DNA of 64,000 bases from a bacterium (GTDB lineage Bacteria > Electryoneota > Electryoneia > Electryoneales > Electryoneaceae), in the NCBI GenBank assembly GCA_963669175.1, contig OY769902.1, forward strand, positions 1,280,001-1,344,000. The letters run 5' to 3'. The position numbers and the translations under genes are program-made. Shown here piece by piece: positions 8,604-19,312 of the stretch. Under the pieces are notes generated by a model. It saw only the letters and a list, made by a program, of their open reading frames with translations, did no database searches and was not told the DNA's origin. The first letter of the stretch is position 1. Every line of letters starts with the position of its first letter.

Positions 8604-10106
8604 TTAATCCCCCAGTCTGCCGAAGCGCCAGATAATCTCACGCTGCCAGTTCTTCAGCCCGTCATTCAGGTGTTCATCACCGACACGCCAGCTCCAGTTA
8701 CCGTGGGGATTGCCCGGTGTATTCATCCGGTGGAACTGGTCCAGCCCGACCAGATCCTGCATCGGCGCGATAGCATATTGTGCAACCGACTGCAAGGCCA
8801 TGCGCCACAGGTCTTCATGGGGACGATCCACTCCATGCTGCTGGTACGCAGACAGGTCGCCACGGATTTCATCGTTGATTTCCTGCCGCCACCAACCGAG
8901 CGTGGTATTGTTATCATGGGTACCGGTATAGACAACCCGGTCGTATTCATGATTATGCGGCAGGAAAACATTGTCACGTGTCCCGCCCCAGGCGAATTGC
9001 AGGATACACATGCCGGGCATGTCGAAATGCTTGCGCAGAGCGGTGACTTCTTTTGTAATGACGCCGAGGTCTTCGGCGATCAGGGGTAACTTGCCAAGTT
9101 TGTCACGTACCGCGCTGAACAACTCTTTCCCTGGTGCAGGAACCCATTCGCCAAGTTCGGCTGTTTCATGTTCAGCCGGAATCTCCCAGCAGGCGACAAA
9201 GCCACGGAAATGGTCGATACGAAGCAAGTCTACCGTCTCAAGCGCGTACTTGATCCGTTCTGTCCACCACAGGAACCCGGTTTCCAAGTGTTTGGCCCAG
9301 TTGTATATCGGATTGCCCCAGCGTTGCCCCGTGGCGGAGAAATAGTCCGGCGGCACCCCGGCGATCACGATAGGATTGCCCTTGGCATCCAGTTTGAACA
9401 GGTCTGGATTGGACCATACATCAGCGCTGTCATAGGCGACGAAGATCGGCGCGTCTCCCATAAACTGCACACCCAGTTCTTTGGCGTGAGCACGAAGTGC
9501 GTTCCACTGGTGGAAAAAGATGAACTGCTCCCATTCGATCTGCTGAATCGTATCCTGTTGGTCGGCACGGACAGCCTTCAGGGCTTCTGGATCACGATCC
9601 CGTAATTTTGCCGGCCACTGGTTCCAGACGCGGCCATCCTGGGTATCCTTAATCGTCATAAATAGCGAGTAGTCGTTCAGCCAGGGGGCGTGGTGACCCT
9701 GGAACTCAAAAAATTCTGCACGTTCCAGCTTGGTCGCGCGATCATCCCATGTTTTATACGCTTTCTTCAGGAGACGTTTCTTTTCCGGGATCAGCCCACC
9801 AAAATCAACATGATCATGCGGGAGGTTGCGCAGGGTATAAAAATCTTCTTCCGACAGGAGGCCTCGATCTGCCAGTTCACCCATATCGATCAAATAGGGA
9901 TTCCCGGCGAACGCTGAGAAGCAGGCGTAAGGACTGTCGCCATACCCGGTGGGACCAAGGGGAAGCACCTGCCAGACACGGAACCCTGCGCCTGCAATCC
10001 ATTCCAAAGTTCGATGAGCATGCCATCCCAATTCACCTATTCCATTGGGGCCGGGTAGCGAGGTGGGGTGCAGTAACAGGCCAGCTTTACGTTCTTGTTG
10101 CATCAC
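8604..10106 (-). CDS. malQ: 4-alpha-glucanotransferase (amylomaltase, GH77)
   Basis: GH77 motifs: GLLLHPTSLPG, WQVLPLGPTG, GVPPDYFSATGQRWGNP, LRIDHFRGF, IAEDLG, YTGTHDN, RMNTPG. Confidence 0.96.
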   Translation of the reverse strand: MMQQERKAGLLLHPTSLPGPNGIGELGWHAHRTLEWIAGAGFRVWQVLPLGPTGYGDSPYACFSAFAGNPYLIDMGELADRGLLSEEDFYTLRNLPHDHVDFGGLIPEKKRLLKKAYKTWDDRATKLERAEFFEFQGHHAPWLNDYSLFMTIKDTQDGRVWNQWPAKLRDRDPEALKAVRADQQDTIQQIEWEQFIFFHQWNALRAHAKELGVQFMGDAPIFVAYDSADVWSNPDLFKLDAKGNPIVIAGVPPDYFSATGQRWGNPIYNWAKHLETGFLWWTERIKYALETVDLLRIDHFRGFVACWEIPAEHETAELGEWVPAPGKELFSAVRDKLGKLPLIAEDLGVITKEVTALRKHFDMPGMCILQFAWGGTRDNVFLPHNHEYDRVVYTGTHDNNTTLGWWRQEINDEIRGDLSAYQQHGVDRPHEDLWRMALQSVAQYAIAPMQDLVGLDQFHRMNTPGNPHGNWSWRVGDEHLNDGLKNWQREIIWRFGRLGD

Positions 10107-10231
10107 GTTGCCCTCCCGGCGATCAGGTTGTGTTTAGCTGCAAATGTACAGTAAGAGAGTGTGCTATTTTGCGAGCACATGGTAAAGATTCACGTCTCAA
10201 GAGAAAAGACCTCCAGATCAATTTCTTCTCC

Positions 10232-10320
10232 GAAAACATGTTTTCAGTTCTCCGGCAACATTTGACTTTAAAAAAAAGTTGCTTATCTTAACGCGCAAAC
10301 TACTGATCATATTTTCAGTT
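10232..10320 (+). promoter_or_regulatory. uvrA promoter with candidate LexA/SOS operator
   Basis: TTGACT (10262)-16 bp-TATCTT. TACTG-ATCATATTTT-CAGTT at 10301-10320 fits CTG-N10-CAG. Perfect palindrome GAAAACATGTTTTC at 10232-10245. Confidence 0.55.
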
Positions 10321-10342
10321 TAAAACATAGATTGTTACCGGC

Positions 10343-13180
10343 ATGTCACCCAACGAACCAGACAAAATTCGCATCCTTGGCGCACGCGAGCATAACCTTG
10401 CCAATATTGATGTAACCCTGCCACGCAACCGTTTGTGTGTGGTTACCGGACTGAGTGGAAGCGGGAAGTCCAGCCTGGCGTTTGATACGCTATATGCTGA
10501 AGGCCAAAGGCGTTACGTGGAGTCATTATCCGCGTATGCACGCCAGTTCCTTGGCCTGATGGAAAAACCGGACGTGGACTTCATTGAAGGTTTGTCTCCC
10601 GCAATCTCCATCGAACAGAAGGCAACGCATCGCAATCCACGGTCTACGGTTGCCACGGTTACCGAGATTTACGATTACTTGCGTCTGCTTTTTGCCCGGA
10701 TTGGCGTTGTTCATTGTCCCAGTTGCGGCAAGCAGATCAGCAGGCAGACCGTACAGCAGATCACCGACGCCATTCTTGACTATCCTGAAGGCACACGTTT
10801 GCAGATACTCGCCCCGGTAGTGCGTGAACGCAAGGGCGAATACCGGAAGATGTTCAAGGAGATCGAGAGGGATGGGTTTGTGCGTGTCCGGGTTGATGGA
10901 GAGGTTTACCCGGTCACCGAAACACCCACCCTGGACAAGAAGAAGAAGCATTCTGTTGATATCGTAGTTGACCGTCTGGTGGTAAAAGATGGTATCCTTA
11001 CCCGTTTGACCGACAGCATTGAGACTGCGCTGGGCAAGGCGGAAGGTCTGGTTACGATGCTCACTGCAGACGGGGAAGAGAGGTTATTCAGCGAGCATTT
11101 TGCCTGTCATGATTGCGGTATATCACTGGAAGAACCGGCGCCACGAAATTTCTCTTTCAACAGCCCGTTTGGCGCCTGCCCGGTTTGTGACGGGCTGGGA
11201 TTCCGTCTTGAAATCGATCCACGGCGAATCGTACCCGATGAAAGCAAAACGATCGTAGGCGGGGCTATTGAACCGTTTGGCCTGGCGCGTGAAAGCTGGA
11301 CTTTACGTATGCTGGAGAAGGTCGCCGAACATCACAAGTTCAAGCTGACCACTCCCTGGCACAAACTCCCGGAAGAACATCAGAAAACCATCCTGTACGG
11401 TTCGAAGGATAAAATCCATTTTGTCTGGGAACGATCCAACGACAAGTACGAAGGCACGTGGGACCATTGGGGAAAATGGGAAGGTGTGATTACCAACCTG
11501 CAACGCCGTTACAAGCAGACCAATTCCCAGGGGATTCGTGACTGGATCGAGGGATTCATGGGGCAGGTACCCTGTGAGGTGTGCCATGGTCAACGCTTGC
11601 GTCCGGAAGCGTTGGCGGTGCGTGTACAGGGACTGAATATTGCGGAAGTCAGCGCTAAATCCATCGGGCAATCTATCGAGTATTTTAACTCGCTTCAACT
11701 TTCTGAGCGTGATGCGACCATCGCCGAGCAGATCATGAAAGAGCTGAAAGCCCGGCTAGGTTTCCTGATGAATGTGGGCCTGAATTATCTGACACTGGAT
11801 CGTAGTGCGGGTAGCCTGTCCGGTGGTGAAGCGCAGCGCATCCGCCTGGCGACCCAGATCGGCAGTCAGCTTGTCGGTGTGATGTACATCCTCGATGAAC
11901 CTTCCATCGGGCTGCATCAACGGGATAACGCCCGTTTGATTACCACGCTGGAAAAGTTGCGTGACCTGGGCAACTCGGTGATCGTCGTCGAGCATGACCG
12001 TGAAACGATCGAACGTGCCGATTATGTAGTTGACCTTGGGCCAGGCGCGGGACGGCATGGCGGCAAAGTCGTCGCAGCGGGGTCACCCGATGAGATTCGC
12101 GATGATCCCAACAGCGTCACGGGAAATTTTCTGTCCGGGCGGGAAGTCATCCCGGTGCCCGAGAAACGGCGTACCCCTTCGAAACGGTGGATCACGATCA
12201 AGGGCGCACGTGGGCACAACCTGAAGAACATCGATGTCAAGTTCCCGCTCGGCTTGTTTACCGTAGTAACCGGCGTCTCAGGCTCAGGAAAAAGCACGCT
12301 GGTCAACGAGACACTTTACCCTGCGCTGGCGCGTACGCTCAATGGATCTCGTGAGGTGCCATTATCCCATAACGATATCAAAGGGCTGCACTATATCGAC
12401 AAGGTTGTCGATATTGATCAGTCCCCGATTGGACGCACCCCACGTTCCAATCCGGCGACCTACACCGGGCTGTTCACGCTGATACGTGATCTGTATGCCC
12501 AGCTTCCTGATGCAAAAGCACGAGGGTACAAGTCCGGGCGCTTCAGCTTCAATGTCAAGGGCGGACGTTGTGAAGCCTGCCAGGGGGCGGGTATCATCAA
12601 GATAGAAATGCACTTCCTGCCGGATGTATATGTGACCTGTGAAACCTGCAAGGGTAAACGCTACAATCGTGAAACCCTGGAAGTGAAATACCGTGGCCGT
12701 TCCATCTCGGACGTTTTGAACATGACCGTGGAAGAAGGGTACGAGTTCTTCGAAAACCACCCGCCACTGGCACGGAAACTGAAGGTATTGAACGAAGTCG
12801 GCCTTGGTTATATCAAGCTGGGCCAGCAGGCGACAACTCTCTCCGGCGGTGAAGCGCAGCGGGTGAAATTGTCCACAGAACTTTCCAAGGTCAGCACCGG
12901 GAAGACGATCTACATTCTTGACGAGCCCACAACCGGGCTGCATTTCCAGGATATCCGGTTGTTGCTGCAAGTGCTGCATCAACTGGTGGAGAAGGGCAAT
13001 ACGGTGATCGTTATCGAGCACAACCTGGATGTGATCAAGACGGCTGACTGGATCATCGATCTCGGTCCGGAAGGCGGCGATAACGGCGGGACTATTCTCG
13101 CAACCGGATCACCAGAGGATGTCATCGAGGTTCCGCAAAGTTATACCGGACAGTTCCTGAAAGAGGAGCTGAACCGGTAG
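10343..13180 (+). CDS. uvrA: Excinuclease ABC subunit A
   Basis: GAREHNL, two Walker A motifs ([18 protein letters not shown]), Zn fingers, two LSGGEAQR motifs, 945 aa. Confidence 0.98.
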   Translation: MSPNEPDKIRILGAREHNLANIDVTLPRNRLCVVTGLSGSGKSSLAFDTLYAEGQRRYVESLSAYARQFLGLMEKPDVDFIEGLSPAISIEQKATHRNPRSTVATVTEIYDYLRLLFARIGVVHCPSCGKQISRQTVQQITDAILDYPEGTRLQILAPVVRERKGEYRKMFKEIERDGFVRVRVDGEVYPVTETPTLDKKKKHSVDIVVDRLVVKDGILTRLTDSIETALGKAEGLVTMLTADGEERLFSEHFACHDCGISLEEPAPRNFSFNSPFGACPVCDGLGFRLEIDPRRIVPDESKTIVGGAIEPFGLARESWTLRMLEKVAEHHKFKLTTPWHKLPEEHQKTILYGSKDKIHFVWERSNDKYEGTWDHWGKWEGVITNLQRRYKQTNSQGIRDWIEGFMGQVPCEVCHGQRLRPEALAVRVQGLNIAEVSAKSIGQSIEYFNSLQLSERDATIAEQIMKELKARLGFLMNVGLNYLTLDRSAGSLSGGEAQRIRLATQIGSQLVGVMYILDEPSIGLHQRDNARLITTLEKLRDLGNSVIVVEHDRETIERADYVVDLGPGAGRHGGKVVAAGSPDEIRDDPNSVTGNFLSGREVIPVPEKRRTPSKRWITIKGARGHNLKNIDVKFPLGLFTVVTGVSGSGKSTLVNETLYPALARTLNGSREVPLSHNDIKGLHYIDKVVDIDQSPIGRTPRSNPATYTGLFTLIRDLYAQLPDAKARGYKSGRFSFNVKGGRCEACQGAGIIKIEMHFLPDVYVTCETCKGKRYNRETLEVKYRGRSISDVLNMTVEEGYEFFENHPPLARKLKVLNEVGLGYIKLGQQATTLSGGEAQRVKLSTELSKVSTGKTIYILDEPTTGLHFQDIRLLLQVLHQLVEKGNTVIVIEHNLDVIKTADWIIDLGPEGGDNGGTILATGSPEDVIEVPQSYTGQFLKEELNR

Positions 13181-13187
13181 CCTTCTG

Positions 13188-13356
13188 CTGAATTTACAGG
13201 ATGATCAGGATGTTAAGGATAATAAGGATAAAAACATAAAACTATATAATTATTTTTACAATACTAACAACGAATAGACTCATTAAGCATTTATGGGGTT
13301 TTCATGTTAGGTTGTTATCCTGAATATCCTTGTTATCCTTTGTATCCTGTAAATTC
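13188..13356. repeat. ACAGGAT-array inverted element (family D)
   Basis: gaatttacaggatgatcaggatgttaaggataataaggata ... tatcctgaatatccttgttatcctttgtatcctgtaaattc. Confidence 0.85.
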
Positions 13357-13409
13357 GATATGATTTCATTTGATTCATGCTATTTTGAATGGGTAAGCAG
13401 GCGAAAAAT

Positions 13410-13637
13410 GGGACTGTTACCTTTTCATGCTTTTGAATGCAGAACAATCACATTAGTATTGAAGAAAAGGTGACTGTACCAATTTTTTACCTGCTCTGTA
13501 AGATGGTTCAGGACTGGAAAATGCTGGGACAGCCACCTTTTCGAAACATATCTTCCCAGCGATCAATGATTTTGCGTACAAATGAAACATGGTCAACAAT
13601 ATCTGGCATATTCGCAGGCGAAAAGAGTGGCAGTCCC
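13410..13637 (+). repeat. Four-box element, family A, copy 1 (228 bp)
   Basis: Boxes GGGACTGTTACCTTTTC / GAAAAGGTGACTGTACC / GGGACAGCCACCTTTTC / GAAAAGAGTGGCAGTCCC. Spacers 37/45/77 bp. Confidence 0.9.
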
Positions 13638-13755
13638 CATTTTCCCCCGGCAATTCCCCCCTTCCCATCGAATTGGACCCTTACATCCAGGTTAATGGTA
13701 TAGCAGAATCTTACCCACACGAAACAGTGAGGAACCATTTCATTTGGTTCACCTC

Positions 13756-13859
13756 GAGATCCCCGGTCAAGCCGGGGATGACATAGAGTGCAGGGGATGA
13801 CATAGAGTGCAGGGGATGACATAGAGTGCAGGGGATGACATAGAGTGCAGGGGATGACA
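13756..13859 (+). repeat. REP-like hairpin followed by a 19-bp tandem repeat (GGGGATGACATAGAGTGCA, about 4.5 units)
   Basis: GAGATCCCCGGTCAAGCCGGGGATGAC, then identical units starting at 13774, 13793, 13812 and 13831, and a partial unit at 13850. Confidence 0.92.
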
Positions 13860-13922
13860 GTATGCGGCATTTCTTTCGACACTCAGCATAACAAATAATT
13901 TTTGCACCATCAGAACAAAAAG

Positions 13923-13946
13923 AAAAACCCGGGTGAATCACCCGGG
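13923..13946 (-). terminator. Probable terminator of the S8 peptidase gene
   Basis: ACCCGGGTGA-A-TCACCCGGGT hairpin with an A-tract on the left (U-tract on the minus strand). Confidence 0.65.
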
Positions 13947-14033
13947 TCAAATATTCTACACTTCTTACGCTGCTTACTTTCTTTTCCTACTTCCTACCTT
14001 TTTCACTGTCTACTTTTTTCACTTCTTTCACTT

Positions 14034-17000
14034 CTATTTCAACAACATCATCTTCACAGTACGTTGATATCCCTGGTCGGTTTTCATCCTCAGGAAGTAC
14101 ACACCGCTGGACAAGCCGGCGCCGTCAAAATGAAGGTTGTGGTACCCGGGACGCATCTCGCCCTGTTGCAAAGTGGTGACCTGACGGCCGAGAATATCGA
14201 ATACGATCAATTCAACGTGCGCCGCTTTGGGCAGGGCGAACTGCACAATGGCGGACTCGTTAAACGGGTTCGGGTAGGGTTGATCCAGGGCAAACTCTTT
14301 CGGCAGACCGTCGTCAACCTCACTGCCCGGAACACCATCGAAATCAACGATCAGTCGCATGAAAATGCTGTCCGCCGGTTCGAACCCGTCATGCTCGAAC
14401 TTGATATACCCGGTATAGGTGCCGTTCTTCAGGGTTTCGCCATCAAAAATGGCATCAATGACATTGTATTCAGTGGGCTCCAGGTACATGTACGGGGGAT
14501 CCAGTTCCACCCAGGGCACCTGTACATCCCATTCCCAGCCAACCAGGTGATCACGTCCCTCCACCTTTGAGATTCCGAAACCTATCTGGTAGTACCCCTG
14601 GAAGCCTTCCGCGAAGGAGAATCCGTAAACCTCCTGGTTGCCGGTAGCAAGTGTGTCGACGAACACGGTTTCACCGGTTGTGGGGTTCATCTTGTATAGC
14701 TTGCCGAACAGGTTGTCCTCACGGCAGGTGATCCAGAGCGTGAAACCATCCTGGCGTGGACCGAGATAGCCCAGTCCATTGATACGGGTGTAGAGGTCTA
14801 TCTCGTCAAGTACTTCACCATCTTCAGGGTCCATAGCTACGATGTTGTGCATGTAATCGGCAACATACAGGATGTCGTTATAATCATCGTAGGCGATTGC
14901 ACGGTTGGGCGTATACGGCCCTTCGAAGCTTCTGACCGTTTCACCGTGTGTGGGGTCCATGCCATAAATCATGTTGTTATCGCTGCCCCAGAGCAAGTCA
15001 TCTCCAAACGCCAAATCATGCATCCCGGTACTGCTGGCGTCAGGGTTGTCGCTGCCTGCCTGGTCATACGATCCGAGGTATTCGCCATCTTCATTGATCA
15101 TGTAAATCTTGTTCGGATTGATATACATGTTCGAACCGGCAATGTAGAAAATCCCGTTATGATACGCGGCCCCGTTCAAGCGTGTATCACCGGTCAGTTC
15201 AGAAGCGTCAAGAGCAAAAACCGGGTCCATGAACTCATCGAGTTCAATGATCGGCAATGGTGTCATGGAAATAGTCAAGCCACCGTTGCCGTTGTTCGTG
15301 ATCCTGAACTCTTCATTGGCCGTGAATTCATTGTCAAGGGTGACAACCAGGCTTTCGGTATCTGCTGTAAAGATCCCGACCTGCAGAATTACATTGACGG
15401 TTGTAGTATCCTGTGAGATGATCTCAACGCTTTCCTCAACATGTACATGGTACGGTGGCAGATTGTACTCGACAGCTTGCGTACCCATGAGGGCATCCAT
15501 CTGGTACCAGCCATGGGCGTCGGTCAAGGATTCGTAGACAGTTCCCGGAAGGGAGACGTGTACGTTTTCAACCGGCTCACCAGTGTTTCCGTCCACAACC
15601 AGCCCCTCAAGAATACCGATAGGGAACTGGGCGTTGGCGATAGCGGAATCACACATGATACGGCCTGCGCCGTAGTCGTTATCTTTGCCCGGATTTCCAA
15701 GATCAAGCCCTGAAATCTGGAGGATAGAATCGATGTGGACAGGCAGCAATTCCCAGTTTTTACTCAACAGGAGCGCACAGACACCGGCAATATGAGGGGT
15801 TGCCATGGAAGTGCCGCTCATGGTGGTATAACCGCCATTCATTGAGCAGCTCAGCACATCTTCACCCGGCGCGGCGATATCAGGGCGAATCAGGCCCGGG
15901 TCTGCACCGTTATTGTAAACCCAGTCTTCATAATCATCTACGCTTTCCCAGGTACAGGGGCCACGACTGGAGAAGCTGGCATACATATCCTGATCATCTG
16001 TTGCGCCTACGGAAATAACACCACCACGTTCGCCTTCACCGGTCTCATCGGGGTTGCGCCAGGGAGAAGGCACATTGCCGGGGGTACGGCAGGAGTTGGG
16101 CGGTTGTGTACTGCGTTCGTTACCCGCGGCAACGATATTGGTAATGCCTGCGGCGTCGAGTACTTCATAAGCCTGACGCCAGGCGGTCTTGTCCGGGTTC
16201 CAACCTTCGATATAGCCCATGGACATGCTGGTAACATCCACTTCATGCTCCAGGGCAAAATCCTGGGCATCCCAGACCGTCTGCTGGGCGGATTCATCAA
16301 TGGACAAGGATACCCGTAGCGCCATCAACGTGGCATCCGGCGCAACTCCTGTCGCATACTGACCGGTGCCGTCTCCGCAGATACTCCCGGAACAGTGGGT
16401 TCCATGACCGTTCTGGTCCATGGGGTCATTATCATTGTCTCCGAAGTCGTAGCCATGATTGGGGTACTCATCCCCGCCATCCCACATGTGGTCAGCGAGA
16501 TCCTCATGGTTGTAATTCACACCGGAGTCAATAATGCCCACCAGAACACTGTCACCGGTAAAGCCCTGTTCCCAGACTTCCGGCGCATTAATCATCTCAA
16601 CAGACCAGACCAGCTCGTCCAGCTCATTGTTGCCCACATCCGGGCCCTGCTCAGCAAACCACAACGGACGAGGGATATCCGGGATTACTCGATCAACATC
16701 TGCACGTGCGGCCAGCTCACGGATGACTTCTTCGGTAGCGTGTATACCAACAGCATTCAAGATTTCCAGGGAACGGAAGGATTCAACGCTTCCTTCGCGG
16801 AATCGTTTGTCGAGTTGCTCCAGGATGTCCTGCTGACAACGCTCGGCACGCTGGTTAACCAGCCGCCAGACGATGCGTGTTCGTTCTTTGCGTGGCAATC
16901 CTTCCACGGCAAAGCGATACCCTTCGATGTCAGGGCCTTCTTTCATGAAAGCGACGGCGTAAAACAACTCGCCATCCTGACCATCTTCCAGCATTCTTCC

Positions 17001-17102
17001 AGCTTCAACAGTGAGATAACCAGCTTGAACGGCGACCGTCAACGTCAGCAGTAATGCAATAACTGCTGTGAGGAGGACGCCGGATCTCAGTCTCGCGTAC
17101 AT
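14034..17102 (-). CDS. Secreted S8 (subtilisin-like) serine peptidase with propeptide, Ig-like and beta-propeller domains and a PNPFN C-terminal sorting domain
   Basis: Catalytic motifs IIDSG, HGTHCSG, AAGN and SGTSMATPH. C-terminus PKEFALDQPYPNPFN...GVYFLRM...KMMLLK. ATG at 17102 follows a GGAG Shine-Dalgarno and opens a signal peptide. Confidence 0.92.
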   Translation of the reverse strand: MYARLRSGVLLTAVIALLLTLTVAVQAGYLTVEAGRMLEDGQDGELFYAVAFMKEGPDIEGYRFAVEGLPRKERTRIVWRLVNQRAERCQQDILEQLDKRFREGSVESFRSLEILNAVGIHATEEVIRELAARADVDRVIPDIPRPLWFAEQGPDVGNNELDELVWSVEMINAPEVWEQGFTGDSVLVGIIDSGVNYNHEDLADHMWDGGDEYPNHGYDFGDNDNDPMDQNGHGTHCSGSICGDGTGQYATGVAPDATLMALRVSLSIDESAQQTVWDAQDFALEHEVDVTSMSMGYIEGWNPDKTAWRQAYEVLDAAGITNIVAAGNERSTQPPNSCRTPGNVPSPWRNPDETGEGERGGVISVGATDDQDMYASFSSRGPCTWESVDDYEDWVYNNGADPGLIRPDIAAPGEDVLSCSMNGGYTTMSGTSMATPHIAGVCALLLSKNWELLPVHIDSILQISGLDLGNPGKDNDYGAGRIMCDSAIANAQFPIGILEGLVVDGNTGEPVENVHVSLPGTVYESLTDAHGWYQMDALMGTQAVEYNLPPYHVHVEESVEIISQDTTTVNVILQVGIFTADTESLVVTLDNEFTANEEFRITNNGNGGLTISMTPLPIIELDEFMDPVFALDASELTGDTRLNGAAYHNGIFYIAGSNMYINPNKIYMINEDGEYLGSYDQAGSDNPDASSTGMHDLAFGDDLLWGSDNNMIYGMDPTHGETVRSFEGPYTPNRAIAYDDYNDILYVADYMHNIVAMDPEDGEVLDEIDLYTRINGLGYLGPRQDGFTLWITCREDNLFGKLYKMNPTTGETVFVDTLATGNQEVYGFSFAEGFQGYYQIGFGISKVEGRDHLVGWEWDVQVPWVELDPPYMYLEPTEYNVIDAIFDGETLKNGTYTGYIKFEHDGFEPADSIFMRLIVDFDGVPGSEVDDGLPKEFALDQPYPNPFNESAIVQFALPKAAHVELIVFDILGRQVTTLQQGEMRPGYHNLHFDGAGLSSGVYFLRMKTDQGYQRTVKMMLLK

Positions 17103-17314
17103 GATGAACTCCGGCTCGTAGATGTTCAAACGACACTGGATACCCTCTTTGTACATCCAGTGCGAATACACTAATATAAATAATATAAGGTCATCAGGAG
17201 ATTATTGCTCAGGGACACTCTCAAAAAGCAGGAAATGGCTCGAAAAAATGAAGTAACTGTCGTGGAGGATTCCGGAAGCGAAGCAGATACATCTGCCAAA
17301 AGGAAGCAAAATGT

Positions 17315-17646
17315 GGCTGTTCACAAGAATTTGTGCATATTATCGACGAGCACGTTTTGTCAGGTCTTGACGTGATGCCTTTTCTTGTTCTTCTCCGTAA
17401 TTTCAGATATCTGTCCGACTTCACACCTGCTATTTCGCATGATAGATCGTCATCAGGCGTCACGTTGTGACCTGACGACAGCGAGAGTGCTGATACCGGT
17501 GGCAGGTCACAACGCGACAATAACAGGACGAGAGGCGGTTTCAGTATCATCGTGCATTCAGGAATACATAGCGAAAGCTGAAAACGTAAAGTCGCGTCAA
17601 GAACTGCCACAACATTGCCCTGATGCACAAATTTTTGTGAGGAATT
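17315..17646. mobile_element. 332-bp MITE (family B) with about 24-bp TIRs GGCTG(C/T)TCACAAGAATTTGTGCAT
   Basis: Same-length copy at 32614-32945. Flanks caaaatgt/caaaataa resemble a decayed 8-bp target duplication. Confidence 0.9.
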
Positions 17647-17653
17647 CAAAATA

Positions 17654-17691
17654 AAAAACCCGCACCTCTAAAAAGAGATGCGGGTTTCTTT
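17654..17691 (-). terminator. Terminator downstream of tRNA-Ser
   Basis: AAAAAACCCGCACCTCT-AAAA-AGAGATGCGGGTTTCTTT hairpin with tracts on both sides. Confidence 0.75.
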
Positions 17692-17717
17692 ACATGCCGC
17701 CTAAGGCGGTCTCCCGG

Positions 17718-17805
17718 CGGAGAGGGTGGGATTCGAACCCACGGTGGGCTTGTGACCCACACTCACTTAGCAGGCGAGCACCTTCGGCCTCTCGGTCACC
17801 TCTCC
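17718..17805 (-). tRNA. tRNA-Ser (anticodon GCT), long variable arm, CCA not encoded
   Basis: Minus strand reads GGAGAGGTGACCGAGAGGCCGAAGGTGCTCGCCT-GCT-AAGTGAGTGTGGGTCACAAGCCCACCGTGGGTTCGAATCCCACCCTCTCCG. Confidence 0.96.
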
Positions 17806-18104
17806 GATTGCCTGCCCAAGCCGTAAAAGTAAGAGAATCCTCTTCCCGAGGCAAATACTCTCTGGGCGAGTGGAGACAGGTCAGGGCAGCTCGCTTATCA
17901 TCCCAAAGATTCAGCCCAACACTCACGCGAAAAATAAACTTAGTGTCTACATATTAATGGTTTAAAAAAATCAGCCTTGAAGTGAGAGATAGTCAAATTA
18001 GCAAAAAGGAAATAAAATCCAAAATAATCAAAAACTGGTATATCCTTTGCCATATTTGTCAGCAACAGGGAATACCAGTCCCAATGTGATACAGGGAACC
18101 GACC

Positions 18105-18584
18105 ATGTCGCTGTCATTCGGCACAAATTCAGAAAGGGAAGTGAGCTATTCTCTTTGCAGGAGTTTTCAGGGAGATATCGATCCGGGAAAGATTGCCGAC
18201 AGTTTCCTTGCCGGGAATCAAACCCCGGATGAGTTTATCACCAGCCTGGTCAACCTGATGCCGTGCAAATTGGATCGTGCAAACGGGTGCCGAACTCACC
18301 TGGTCTCAACTCTGGACATCGCCAATATCATCATTGATGCATTGAAAGAGCGGATTTCCGGATCTGGCAAAGAAATGTTGATCGACTGGATGCACAGCAG
18401 GGGACTGGAAATGCATATTATTGCCCGAAACCGGAAACTGGATAGAATCAACCCGCTGAAGTATCTGCTTGAAGACAGTGATTTTTTTCTGCATCCCCAT
18501 GAAACTTACCTCGAACTTCTGGAAGATGTCCGGCAACTTGCAAAAGCCTGGCATATGATCCTGGCCTCCACGAATGTTCATTGA
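18105..18584 (+). CDS. Hypothetical protein (159 aa)
   Basis: ATG with AGGGA upstream and protein-like composition. No recognised motif. Confidence 0.6.
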   Translation: MSLSFGTNSEREVSYSLCRSFQGDIDPGKIADSFLAGNQTPDEFITSLVNLMPCKLDRANGCRTHLVSTLDIANIIIDALKERISGSGKEMLIDWMHSRGLEMHIIARNRKLDRINPLKYLLEDSDFFLHPHETYLELLEDVRQLAKAWHMILASTNVH

Positions 18585-18589
18585 GTTTT

Positions 18590-18695
18590 GTTACAATCCC
18601 GACTTTGCCCATCAGTTTACGATTTCGAAAAGCCCTGTTTCTGAACCAGGTACACCTTGATATCAGCACCATCACTGGGCAAAATCAGGCCACCC
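18590..18695. repeat. Two-box inverted element (family F)
   Basis: ACAATCCCGACTTTGCCCATCA ... GGGCAAAATCAGGCCACCC. A reverse copy at 62752-63337 is interrupted by the TA-MITE. Confidence 0.75.
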
Positions 18696-18740
18696 GGTCG
18701 CAGGAGTAGGATAAGAAAGCATAGACATAGTTGTATTTTT

Positions 18741-18986
18741 ACTCCGAAGGAGTTGGATAAGATTCAAAATGAATTGTGTTGCTTCATCAATTCAACCTTT
18801 ATACAACCCTTTCAGGGTTGAAGTAGTGGTAGTTGTAATACCCCGGGTGCGTGCCAAACAGACGGCAAGTACCCGGGGCTCACCTATCCAACTCCTTCGG
18901 AGTTGCCGGGCGGAGTTGCAGGCGGATCAGCCCTTTGGAGTTGCTATTCGGATTTGCCAGACGGAGTTGCCAGGCGGAGTTGCCAG
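18741..18986. repeat. Multi-hairpin REP-like element followed by iterated GGAGTTGC units
   Basis: Hairpins ACTCCGAAGGAGT, CAACCCTTTCAGGGTTG, CCCCGGGT..GCCAAACAGACGGC..ACCCGGGG and ACTCCTTCGGAGT, then six GGA(G/T)TTGC units from 18899. Confidence 0.75.
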
Positions 18987-19219
18987 ATCGCCGACAACAA
19001 TCAAGCTTTTCAGTCCTGGCAGCTCTTGAAAGAAATGTCTCCTGTTTACGAAGTCAAATTGAGATAGTCAGCAGTTTGATCTCAAACACATACTTCTCTG
19101 ATGCGATTTTTTTTCATTCAGTATAGACCAGTTTGATCCCCCTGCCCCCTCATCCTCTGAACCAATTTAACCCCACAGGAACCCCGGTTCTCGGAGTCTC
19201 TTTGTTAAACCCTTCCTGT

Positions 19220-19270
19220 TTGACGCGTCCATATAGAGAAGCTAATATGTAGCATCCTACAGATTAGGAT
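19220..19270 (+). promoter_or_regulatory. Sigma70 promoter and candidate MarR operator of the efflux operon
   Basis: TTGACG-17 bp-TAATAT (19220-19248). Inverted repeats TGTAG-CATC-CTACA and ATCCTA-CAGAT-TAGGAT lie just downstream. Confidence 0.65.
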
Positions 19271-19312
19271 TCGACATAGTTTTTAGTGTTTATTAATGTG
19301 GAAGATAGAGAG

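Noticed and set aside
8339-8641. Small ORFs shared with 62765-62989, 63086-63447 and 4771-4953
   Set aside because: These are translations of repeat or MITE DNA, and the frames are not conserved between copies.
13774-13859. Possible CRISPR array (GGGGATGACA repeats)
   Set aside because: The intervening 9-mers are identical, the 19-bp period is too short, and there are no cas genes. It is a tandem repeat.
13437-13950. Cys/His-repeat ORFs (VIPCTLCHP)
   Set aside because: Artefact of translating the 19-bp tandem repeat and the four-box element, not a heme-binding protein.
17221-17654. ORFs of 142 and 89 aa, and their homologs at 32538-32970
   Set aside because: They lie within MITE copies and have no transposase motifs. 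The apparent paralogy reflects the DNA repeat.
17718-17760. tRNA-Ser 3' end as an integration (att) site
   Set aside because: No duplicate of the tRNA 3' end and no integrase were seen in the window. The nearby MITE lies beyond the terminator.
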